Part shown: piece by piece, positions 40,738-51,300 of the stretch
Layout: each line of letters opens with the position of its first letter
Position numbering within the stretch: the first letter of the stretch is position 1
Origin: an uncultured Acetatifactor sp.
GTDB lineage: Bacteria > Bacillota > Clostridia > Lachnospirales > Lachnospiraceae
Direction: 5' to 3'
Assembly: GCA_964403595.1 (NCBI GenBank)
Contig: CAYOGM010000001.1
Location: forward strand, 11,676-75,675
Length of the DNA stretch: 64,000 bases
Translations under genes and position numbers: made by a program
Notes under the pieces: generated by a model
Databases searched by the model: none
Seen by the model: the letters and a program-made list of their open reading frames with translations, nothing else
Told to the model about the DNA's origin: nothing

Positions 40738-40911
40738 TTACAATCTCGCAAAGTACTCTCCTCGCTCCTCAACAGGTACATCCAGCGTCTCCATAGCCTC
40801 TTCTGCCGTAATCTTCATCTTTCTCATAAGAGTTTTTATATTCTGCATTAGATTTTCAACCATGCCCTCTGCTTTGCCCTCTGCTATCAACTCATCCATC
40901 GCCTTACACAT
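40738..40911 (-). CDS. Predicted intragenic small protein (Rpn-S-like, 57 aa, MCKAMDEL...)
   Basis: AGGAGG at 40925-40920, 8-nt spacer, in-frame ATG at 40911. Confidence 0.55.
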   Translation of the reverse strand: MCKAMDELIAEGKAEGMVENLMQNIKTLMRKMKITAEEAMETLDVPVEERGEYFARL

Positions 40912-41640
40912 ATCATATTCCTCCTGTTCTTCTTCCTGTAACATCTCTAACATCCTGGTATTGTTTGTAAAAACCGCTATCACTTCTGCTGTTTCTTTGT
41001 CCAAATGCTTATATTCTTCCTGCTCAAACAATGCTTTCAACTTCTCTTTATTCCCCCGGCAAGGAATAACCTGCAGAAACTGACGAAGCTCTGTATGAAA
41101 TACAGAAAAATCCTCCATCTCATTGACACAGAATATCGTCATACCATAATCATGGAACATCTCCTCCCATCCCGGCAATGCCCCTTCAAAATCCATCATA
41201 TCCTTCAAACTCTTAGGGCCATCCCATTTCTCTTCTCCATGGTACAGGCAAATGGAATGCACCGGTTTTAATCTGTCCTCTTTTCTCGGACGCAGAGACC
41301 ATTCATCTGCTTTCCCGCCCGCTTCTTCTATCGCCCTTCGGCGTTTTCGCTTTATTTCCTGTAGCTGTCTTCGATATTCCTTACAGTCATACTCCATAAT
41401 TCGAAATGGCATAGAATAATCCACATACTCCTGGTTCTCTGCCGCCACCAACGCCAGCCAATCTCCATTTTTAAGCCGCTTTTTCAAATCCCGATACCGA
41501 TTGTCAACGCGTTCGCTGTCAGACTCAAGCATCTCCGGTAACACCAACTGCTTCCCATGATACATCGTCCCATTTGCAAAATCAGCAAATCGCTTGTTAT
41601 CTGCCATATACTTACATGCTGCAATATCCAATTTCCCCAT
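40738..41640 (-). CDS. Rpn family (PD-(D/E)XK, transposase_31-like) nuclease
   Basis: RFADFAN, YRDL, ENQEYVDYSMPFRIMEYD, LYHGEEKWDGP, MCKAMDEL..EGKAEG tail. RBS AAGGAGG. Confidence 0.82.
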   Translation of the reverse strand: MGKLDIAACKYMADNKRFADFANGTMYHGKQLVLPEMLESDSERVDNRYRDLKKRLKNGDWLALVAAENQEYVDYSMPFRIMEYDCKEYRRQLQEIKRKRRRAIEEAGGKADEWSLRPRKEDRLKPVHSICLYHGEEKWDGPKSLKDMMDFEGALPGWEEMFHDYGMTIFCVNEMEDFSVFHTELRQFLQVIPCRGNKEKLKALFEQEEYKHLDKETAEVIAVFTNNTRMLEMLQEEEQEEYDMCKAMDELIAEGKAEGMVENLMQNIKTLMRKMKITAEEAMETLDVPVEERGEYFARL

Positions 41641-41775
41641 AAATCCTCCTTCTGCGGAGGCTCCACAGCCCTCCGCCCTTTCCTATTCTGTTGTATTCAA
41701 GTGATTAGACGGCTGAACTGCCTTTGATTTATATAGATTGAATCAGAACTAATTGACTTGAATTAAGATAAGTAA

Positions 41776-41804
41776 ATATTAGAGCATATTTCCCAAAATG
41801 TCAA
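41776..41804 (-). promoter_or_regulatory. Putative SigA promoter of the second Rpn gene
   Basis: TTGACA-N17-TAATAT on the minus strand, about 135 nt upstream of ATG 41640. Confidence 0.55.
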
Positions 41805-41861
41805 CAGAAAACCCTAACTAAAAAACGCAAATCTGTCTTATAAGCCCATGACGCACAAAAC

Positions 41862-41896
41862 ATAACAAGGGCGGCGTCCAAAAGAACGCCGCCCCT
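41862..41896 (-). terminator. Rho-independent terminator
   Basis: GGGCGGCGT-loop-ACGCCGCCC followed by TTGTT on the minus strand, downstream of the stop at 41958. Confidence 0.7.
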
Positions 41897-41957
41897 CGGG
41901 TCACATCTTAATATGTTTTAGAAACATATACTTTTGAAAGTACATACTTTAGACATC

Positions 41958-44900
41958 TTAGTCCTGAATAACATAAACCGTTGCTTCTAAGCTTCCCCAG
42001 TTATATCCACGTACAAGATATCTAAGCTGTTCGCCCTTCTCTAAGTACAAGCCATCATAATAATAGTTCCCATAACTTCCGCCAGCGGTAGCTTTGCGGG
42101 TACCATCCATGCGATATAACTCACAGTAAGAACCTCTCGAAAAATTTGTGCTGTCGCAATAGAAATCATAGTAACCATCTGCAGGAGCAGTAAAGGTATA
42201 ATATACACCCTCATAATACTCCAACTCTACTTCCTTACCACTTCCGCTGGAAATAGTACCTCCGTTTGTTATAGAGTAGCTCTCATATGCACATACCTTC
42301 AGCGTGGTGCTTGAACCCTGCTCACCATAAACGGAAAATAATACGCTGTCTCCCTGGAATCTCACACCCATTCCAGTACTATAACCACTATCGGATATAG
42401 AAGCATCATAATCAGATACGGTTCTGTAGTAAACCCAACTTGGAGCAATACCACCATCCATTCTGGTCACATAATAGTAACCGGAATTGGAAAGCTTGCA
42501 CTCTACATAAGTATATCCATAGCCTTCTTCTGTTCGTACTACTTCGTACTCTTCCTCGGAATTGAAGGTAGCAACTTTCTGCACTTCAATTGTAGTGCTT
42601 GCATTTTCCTGACCATATAACCTCACAAGCACATTACCAGCTTCCAGATAATATACATAGTAACCATTATAAATGTACTGAATCTCGTCTGCGCTACCAT
42701 TGTACAAATAGAAAGAATAATCCAAACTGCCGTCATCTGTTCTAGCAATGGTATACCAACCGGTCTGATTGATAGTAGCAGACAGCCACTTATAACCAGC
42801 CTCATCAAACTTCACTACAGTAGCATCATTAATATTCAAGGTTTCCTTGGCAGCAGTCTGAACCTCTACCAGGAAGTCTGCCTTCTCGCTGGAGGTATTC
42901 TCAACGCAGAAGTAAACAACCTCACCCTTGTACATGAAATCGCTATAAGTAGTACCTGTTCTAAAGCTAGGATAAATAATCTCACTGTGTACATCTACAG
43001 AAATATCTGTAGTAACTGCACTGTCACCGCTTCCGGTAACCTTCTTAAATGCAAAGTTGTACTGATCCAAAGCACTTGCTTTATAGGAATACCAATTTAT
43101 GGAGTTAGGCTCCATGGTATCCTTGAAGCTGGAGCTGTTGATTTCCTTTGCAGTTGCCTTCTTAACCGTTACGGTAAAGGTTGCAGATGCAGGAAGCTCT
43201 GCGCCATCCTTCGCTGCCGTATAATATGCTGCAAGATAAAGCTCATCACCTTCATAAAGAACATACTCTTCAGGGAAGGTTACACCGGTGTAATTAGGAT
43301 TGCTCTTCACATTATCTTCACATACATCATAGGTAGCATATACAGTAGACGCATTGTCTGTGAAGGTATATCTTCCATCCTCGGGAGCCTTGAATACAAA
43401 CCAGCTCTTCATACCCTTATTCACAGTAACCTCAACACTGTTCTCCAGAGTTGCAGGTGCAATTCTGTCGATGTAGAGCTTAATGGTCTTGGTATCATCT
43501 TCCTTCTCAGGCTCGAAATCCAAGGTAACTGCATAATACATGGTTGTACCGATTGTGTAGCTTGCCTGCATATAACGGCTGTTAGCATTATATGTACCAC
43601 CTGCGAGACTGTAATCTGCATTTCTAGGTGCAATAGTTACAGAATTCACATCCTCAGGAAGCTCCTTAACAATCATGCTATAGTAATCAGTTGCAGGTAC
43701 TTCAAACTTCACATATACAGTCTGACCATCCTTTGCAGTAACTGACAGTTCTTCCTTCTCTTTAATGGTCAGGAAGCTTTCCTTTACCACACCAAGCTTG
43801 GTGACAGGTGCATCTGCCACATTCGCTACTTCTACAGAACTGGTTACCTTAATGTCATACCATACATTCTTCTTCACAAAGTTGGTACCATCATACAAAC
43901 TACCATAAGTATCGCTATCATTCGTATAACGTCTTACGGTCATACCAGAAGGAACATTTACGGTAAATGTGTAGTAAGCATCTTCGTCTGCGCGGAATCT
44001 GTACCACTTCTCTTCATCCTTCATCATGGAAACAGAAGTCAGGTCTGCGCCATACACCAAATCAGTTATTACAATCTGCTCAATAGCAACCTTAACAGAA
44101 ATCTCTTCTTCTGTCTCATTTTCCACTTTGACAAAAATACTCTGGCCCATCTCGAACCAGTCACCGTTCAGATTGCTGATATCGATGAAGCTATACTCCA
44201 TATCGTCTTCACGATAGGTTACATTTGCTTCGCTATCCTTACCATCTTTATCGGTTACCTTCGCATTGTATCTTCCTGCATGAGGAACTACATACTCATA
44301 CCACTTGCTTTCGCCGGCTTTCAACTTAACAACAGCATCGGTGAAAGTCTCAGGAACAATCTGCTCCACCTTAAGCGTTACAGCTGCCTTAGTTTGTGCA
44401 GTAATAACAAACACATAAGTCTCGCCAACCTTACCATAGAACTCATAGCCATCATAGCAATAAGAACCATTTATGGTTGAACTTACGCTCTGCTCATCAT
44501 TCGCAGTAGTAATGTGGACAACATATCTGCCCTCTTCTTCCACTACATACTTGAACTTCTTAACCTCATTCTCTTCCATATTGAAGGAATCGGTAGGAAT
44601 CTCAGGTGTAGCAGACTTAACAGTAAACTGAATTCTTGCCTTGTCAGTTGTGCTGTTATTGCAAACCTTGAAGTAAAGGTTGCTGCCACCAATCAGCTTT
44701 TCTTCAGTATTTCTGCTATAAGAACTATAATAGTCCATATTTTCCTTCAATGTTGCAGAAGCGTAAACTACTGCAGTGGAATCATCATTCCAACTGAAGG
44801 TATAAGTATCCTCATACTTAGCAGTAAACTTAATCCACTGACTCTCGCCGGGCTCCAGACTGATTTCCTTATCATGGAATTCAATAGGCTCTACCTCATT

Positions 44901-45305
44901 TACCTTAATAACAGCCTTGGTCTTATTCTCGTAGGTACCATTTGCCTGTAGAGCGAAGATAATCTCTTCACCGGTAGCCATAATCTTCTCTGCATAGAAA
45001 TCAGAGCCTACTGTACGTCCAAAGGAACCGGTTAAATAGCTACTGGAAACCTCAGAGTAAGTAGAAGCACTCAAGGTATGGTTACCACCTTCTACGGTAG
45101 CTACTACAGACTCAAAGGTGTACAAGCCATAGTTGGGAGCCTTGAAGGTGTAGAAGTACAAACCATCATCCTCTATCTCCAGACTAACCTCTTTGCCCTT
45201 CTCAAGAGCAGTTGCAGTAGTTGCAGTTACGGTTACAGTTACCTCTACGGTATCCTCTGCATCAGTAGTGAGCTTCACATAAATCATGTCGCCCTTCTTG
45301 AACAT
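41958..45305 (-). CDS. C-terminal part of the giant surface protein (tandem ~90-aa beta-sandwich repeats), in frame with 45339-52547
   Basis: Repeats such as WFVFKAPEDGRYTF; no signal peptide; separated from the upstream ORF only by one TAA and 11 sense codons. Confidence 0.7.
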   Translation of the reverse strand: MFKKGDMIYVKLTTDAEDTVEVTVTVTATTATALEKGKEVSLEIEDDGLYFYTFKAPNYGLYTFESVVATVEGGNHTLSASTYSEVSSSYLTGSFGRTVGSDFYAEKIMATGEEIIFALQANGTYENKTKAVIKVNEVEPIEFHDKEISLEPGESQWIKFTAKYEDTYTFSWNDDSTAVVYASATLKENMDYYSSYSRNTEEKLIGGSNLYFKVCNNSTTDKARIQFTVKSATPEIPTDSFNMEENEVKKFKYVVEEEGRYVVHITTANDEQSVSSTINGSYCYDGYEFYGKVGETYVFVITAQTKAAVTLKVEQIVPETFTDAVVKLKAGESKWYEYVVPHAGRYNAKVTDKDGKDSEANVTYREDDMEYSFIDISNLNGDWFEMGQSIFVKVENETEEEISVKVAIEQIVITDLVYGADLTSVSMMKDEEKWYRFRADEDAYYTFTVNVPSGMTVRRYTNDSDTYGSLYDGTNFVKKNVWYDIKVTSSVEVANVADAPVTKLGVVKESFLTIKEKEELSVTAKDGQTVYVKFEVPATDYYSMIVKELPEDVNSVTIAPRNADYSLAGGTYNANSRYMQASYTIGTTMYYAVTLDFEPEKEDDTKTIKLYIDRIAPATLENSVEVTVNKGMKSWFVFKAPEDGRYTFTDNASTVYATYDVCEDNVKSNPNYTGVTFPEEYVLYEGDELYLAAYYTAAKDGAELPASATFTVTVKKATAKEINSSSFKDTMEPNSINWYSYKASALDQYNFAFKKVTGSGDSAVTTDISVDVHSEIIYPSFRTGTTYSDFMYKGEVVYFCVENTSSEKADFLVEVQTAAKETLNINDATVVKFDEAGYKWLSATINQTGWYTIARTDDGSLDYSFYLYNGSADEIQYIYNGYYVYYLEAGNVLVRLYGQENASTTIEVQKVATFNSEEEYEVVRTEEGYGYTYVECKLSNSGYYYVTRMDGGIAPSWVYYRTVSDYDASISDSGYSTGMGVRFQGDSVLFSVYGEQGSSTTLKVCAYESYSITNGGTISSGSGKEVELEYYEGVYYTFTAPADGYYDFYCDSTNFSRGSYCELYRMDGTRKATAGGSYGNYYYDGLYLEKGEQLRYLVRGYNWGSLEATVYVIQD

Positions 45306-45338
45306 TACCTTTCCCCAGTTGCCGTTCTCGTTATAACC

Positions 45339-48300
45339 TTAGTAACCGCTTATCTTGTCGCCATTTGCAACAACACTTGCATTATCAACACTATTTGCAT
45401 AGTAGCTTGCATATACCTTGTATTCCTTATCCTTCTCTACTTCATACTCATAGTCGAAGCAATACTCGGTATCTGCTGTAGGCACTTCGAAGCCTACCCA
45501 TACTTCCTTGTCCTTCTCGATGGTAATCTTCTTAGACGCACCGAGAGAAACGGTATCAACCTTAGGCTGGGATACACTGATTTCAGCCTTTACAGCGGTC
45601 TCAGAATCTGTATATACACGAAGCAATACTTCTTCGTCCTTATCCAGATTGAGTACTTCGCTGAAGTTGTTGGTCTCAACACCCTCAGAGATAAGCTGGC
45701 TAAGTGTGTGATCCATGTTTTCATTCATGATAGAAGTATAGTAATCTGCCTTAAGTATTTCATTTGCACTTGCAGAAGCAAAGGTATAATTACCTGCTAC
45801 AGGAGCTGTGAATGAGAACCACTTCTCCTCGCCCTTCTTCAAATCGCCGGTAGCTACAGTTGCAGTAGTAGAGAGTGCAGTTGCTACTCTGCCCTGTACA
45901 GTTACATCGTAAGCTACATTGGTGTTATACAGGGTCAGCAGCAGGATATCGCCCTTGGCCATACTTACACCATTCTTTTTGCTGGATGTATTGTTATCTG
46001 CATTATAAAGCAGAATATCATTTCTGGTTGTATTGTTTACCTTAACACCGGCAGTCATGTTTGCCTTGGTAGCGCTAAAGGTATAGTAATTATCAGCAGG
46101 TGCTACGAAACGGATGCAATTGCTGTCCTTGCTGTTTGCAGTACCACCAAGAATCAACTTGTTGTAAGCTTTCACAGCACTTACGGAAACGCTGAAGTCA
46201 ACCTCCCAATCCCAGCCAAAGTAAGCCAGCATGGTCAGGTCAATGGTCTGCCCCTCTTCCATAGCTATGGTGCCACCATAATAATTAATAGCATAATCCT
46301 CGCCGGAAAGCTTAGCATCTATGAACTCTACATCGCCCGAAGCATCATTATCAATACTAAATGTAAACTCACCGTCAAAAGGTGCAGTAAAGGTAGCAAA
46401 GAAATAATCTCTGTACAGTGAAGTTACAGGATACTCCTTGAAGAATCTTGTAGGATTCACAAGGTCAAGAGGCTCTACGCCATTCTCTGCTATGATTACC
46501 TCAAAGTCAACAGGCTCCCACGCACCATAAGCGCCTACGCCATCACGTACGGGAATTACCACGAACTGCTCTCTTGCAATTACCTTCTTGGTAACCTTAG
46601 ATACAATTTCGATGTCTGTTACACCGGGCTTCAACGCCTTAAAGGTTGCAGTGAAGGTTCCGGTATTTGCCTTAACAGAAGCCACCTTAGTGTTGGTGCT
46701 CTTCCAGGTAAGCTTATCGGACATTCTGTCCTCTGCGTCCAGATTATCCTCGAAGCGAAGAGTATAAGTATTACCGGATACAAGGTATACCTGATAAGGT
46801 TTTACCTCATATGAATCGTCATACTTACCTACCCAAATATTTCCATAGTACTCATTCTCATCAAGTTCTTCATAAGAAGCAGGAATATTGGTAGTCTTAA
46901 ACTTCTTGGATACAGCCTTGCCCAAAGAAGAATGATTGAACAAAGGAGCAATGCTTACAGTATAGTTGGACTGACGATAAAGTCCAATCTCTCTGAAGTC
47001 GAGCTCATACGCATATACGCCTTTTTTGAAATTGGTCTTATCCTCGTTCAAATACAAGTTATCATTATCCTGAGATACTACAAAGGACTCAACAATACTT
47101 CCTCTGCTATCCTGAATGGTAACCTTGAACTCTTCATAAAAATCATAAAAAGGATATTCAGCATACTCATCACGAAGATTTGCAGTATGTGTAAAGGATG
47201 CTCTTGCACCTACATCTGTGATGTCATATACCTTCAAGCCCTTAATAGCATCCATAGCCTTGGTGTTTACTTCCATGGTTGTGGATACTGTAGGATTGCT
47301 TGCAAGAGCAATCGTCAGAGTTACCTTCTTGTCAGGCTGCAGTGCGCAGATATAACCATCTCTGATTTCTACTGCCTCAGGATCAGATGACTGCACCAAA
47401 AGCTCGTACTGAGCCTGCAGAATGCCATTCTGATCTCTAAATCCGTCAACGCCGTTAAGCTTAGTCTTGCCATCATAGAAAGTCAGGCTATTGTAAAGGT
47501 CAGCTGCACTACCTTCCTTCAAAACAAGCTTCTTAGCATCAATCTTTGTAACATTTGCATAAATGTTAAACTCAGGAGAGAAAGTATAAGTAATATCTCT
47601 AACCGTATCTCTGATACAAAGAGTAACTACACCAACTCCCTTTAACTTCACATTACCCTTCTTGTCGAAGGTAGCCAGCTTGGAAGCCTTGTAGTACCAG
47701 CTGCCAACCTTGCACTTATACTCGCTGGTCTTCACCTCACTGCGGTCATTCCAGTCATCAATTACAAAGAACTCCAGCTTCGGATTCATATAGTATGCCT
47801 GATCCTGCTTGGAAAGTGCATACTGCAACCAGGTGTAATCAGAATCATCTGCTGCCACCTGTGAATCCTTGTAAAGATAACGAAGCAAAAGGTTCACATT
47901 GATAGACTTTGCAGAAAGAGGCACATCATAAAGACCTGTCACAGTATTGTACTGAACAACATCTTTGCTCTTCTCTGCAATCTCAAGCTTCGCACGGTCA
48001 AACTGTCTCTTAGTGGTCTTAAAGCTCTTTACAGAACCTGCTGCGGAAGCTGCAACTTCCTTACCGTCAGCAGTCTCTCTGATTGCGCTGACATTTCTTA
48101 CATATACAGTATAATCCGTATCGGGCTGCAAATCAAAGCCCCAACCTGCATACTTGCATACACTGCTGTAATAATCCTCATAATCAGCGGTGTACTCCCA
48201 GCAACCTGCGAAATCTGCATTTCCGTTAGCAGCAATCTTGCTCTCAAAATCAGCTGCCTTCAAGCCCTTGCCAGGAAGCACATAAACTTCTCTGCGATAA

Positions 48301-51300
48301 CCATCCTCAGGAATCTTGTACTCAAGATACATATAGGTATCATAAGCCTTAAGTGCATTAATCTTAGGTGCGGTAACGTCAAGCACCTTAATCTTAACAG
48401 TAACCTTCTTCTTGAAGTCTGCAATTCTCTCGTACTCGCCATCCTGAGTCAATCTTACAGGATAAACCTCAACGGTTGCAGTACCCTTCTTCAATGCGGT
48501 TACAACACCGGTATCCTTAACAACGCTCATCACGTCGGTACCGTCTACTACTTCATAGTTCAGAAGAACTACATCTGTGCTGAGTACTCTGCCAATCTTA
48601 ACATCAAGCTGCTGAGTCTCACCCACATACATCTTCTTGTTAGGAGCATTAAAGGACAAGCTCTTAGGTGCAACTGCGTCTCTCAAATTCGCCTGACACT
48701 CTGCCTTAGTCAGACAAATGGTATAAGTCTCAGTATAGCCCTCCTCCCAAAGAATGACAAAGCTCTTGTCGGTCTTGTCTTCCACAGGGAATGCCAGCTT
48801 GATAAGACCATTGTAGCTGTTCTCACTCAGAACATATCCGCCAGCCTTCTCAACTGCATTCTTATATACGAATCTGTCGAAATTATCCGTATAGTAGTCA
48901 GTATCCTCCATGAACTCCTTAGGAGCCTTAATCGTTACTTCGAAGTAATTGCCCTCAGGCAGTACTTCATCATTAATATCAGTCAGATTATGATAATGAG
49001 GAACCGCTGTGAGAGGTGTTACATATGCCTCTCCCTCTGCATATTCTGCATTGTGATGTTCTGTATTGGTATCGTAAACAGAAGAAGTTCCTCTTACATT
49101 GGGGGTAAATGCAGTTCTCATTGCTACAATGTTGTAGTTGTCTGCATAACGATCCCAAAGCACATACTCTACTGCATCAAACACTACATAATCCAAATCA
49201 ACATCAAACCATACATAGGTCTCAATGCCATAGTTCTTGCCGGTTCTCAGATATGCGTAATAATAATCGCCCTCTTCATCAAACACATTATATCCATAAT
49301 CATAATCGAAAACCAGTCCCATTGCATTTGCCAAAATACCATTGCCAAATACACTTGCATCTGCATCAATATAACCGGTAACAGACGTCTTGGTCATATC
49401 TACTACAGAGCTGTAGAAATCTTCATCGTCTGCTCTCAGACCTGCCTGAATGGACTCCTTCATAACAGGGGTGATGAACAAATCTCTCTCTTCAATGATA
49501 AAGGTATCGAGATATACATTGAAGTTTTTATAGGTTTCATTTCCTGCAAAACGGATATACAGGTTATAGCTTCTTGCATTGGAAGGAGATACCACACCGT
49601 AAGAATCTACATAACGTCCCAAGTACTCATCGTAAGACTCCCAAACAAACTGAACATCCAGTGCGCCCTCACCAATCACAGGAATCACATTATCCGTATT
49701 TTTCTCTACCAGAGTAATGTATCCGGACTCCAAAGCCTTAGTGAGGTCAAATCCGGTGCCATCATAAACCTTCTTGTACGCACCGCGCTTGTCCTCGTCC
49801 ACACGAACATCAATTTCGATGTCACCCATCTTCTTCACATTGATGTCCAAAGTGTTGCCGTAGCTCTTTGTAACAGTTACGCCCTCTTCTACAACTTCGT
49901 AGTTGTTGGTGAAGTTGTTATAATACACATCTGTATAAGAATTGTAGCAGAAATCCACTTCCGCTCCCACTCTGTAAAGAAGCTTCTCGCGGAAGGTTGA
50001 CCAATCACCTGCACGCCCATACTCTGCAACATCCTTATTGGTATTATCACCAACCTCAACATACCAGTCTACGGTATAGAGAGGATACTCAGGATACTGC
50101 TCATTCCAAGCCATAACCTCAGTCATCTCAACCAACTTGTCATCAGTAAGAGTCATATCATTACCGGGAACAAGATAAAGCTTGTGAGTCAAAGTAGAAG
50201 CACAGATTGCCTCGAAATCTCCCACATAAGTACCGGTATAAGCCACAGGCTCACCGCTGATTACAGACTTAACCAGCTGCTTCTGAATATCAAAATATAC
50301 ATAAGCAGGCTCTGCTGCGTACTCATTGGTAGGATCCTTATAAACAACCTTCAGGCAGTATTTACCTGCATCCTGAGGAAGCTCTGCATAGTCAGTTCCG
50401 TAATAACGGGTGTACTGAACCTCCTGTACAGGATTACCTGCCTCGTCCTTAACAACGTTGCCTTTTTCATCCTTTACATCTACAACCTTGTAGGTGTACC
50501 ACAGATAGCTAAGAGTATCATCGGTATCTCTTGCAATCTCAGTATTGGTTGCCTGAGCCTTTACAACAGCCTTCTTGTACTCAGCTCTGTCAGCATACAG
50601 AGGCTCACCATCATACACCTTGGTGTAAGCATTGCTGTAAGCGGCACCCTTGCCGTCCTTCAGCATTGCAGTAACATCGATAACAGCATTTGCATTTGCC
50701 TTTACTTCCAAAGTAATAGCATCAGCAGTCAAATCATTGGTGTTAATTACATAATTGGTATCGGAATGATTTACTACAGTATTCACATCAATAGTGGAAG
50801 TAGCAACACCACTCTCATACAATCCCTTATTACCGGTGAACACAATACGGTAAGCGACGGTAACATCCTTCTCCTCGCCACCGATTTCAATCTTGTTCAG
50901 ACCGCTGGGATATACAATGGAACCGGTTACCTTGGTCCATACAGTATTGGTCACAACCTCTTCGCCAACTTTTTCAGAAGTGGTCTGACCCATCTCCAGC
51001 GCAAATACAGGGCTGTAGCTCTGAACCTTATCGGGATTGTTGTAAGATACACCCCAGAAGGTGTCCTTATCAAAACCGGTAAACTCAGTAGCAACGCCGT
51101 TAGCATCTACAGAGAACAAACCATAGCTCACATTGCGAAGAACAGTATTTACAGAGCTTCCTGCAAACACACTGCTGTCAGAAGAATATGTGGGCTTAAG
51201 AACCAAAGTAGCAGGCTCTACTACAACTCTGATTGCAGCATCAGAGCTTGCATAAATTCCCTCTGCATCGGTGTAAACTGCTCTGTAATAGTATGCATTT

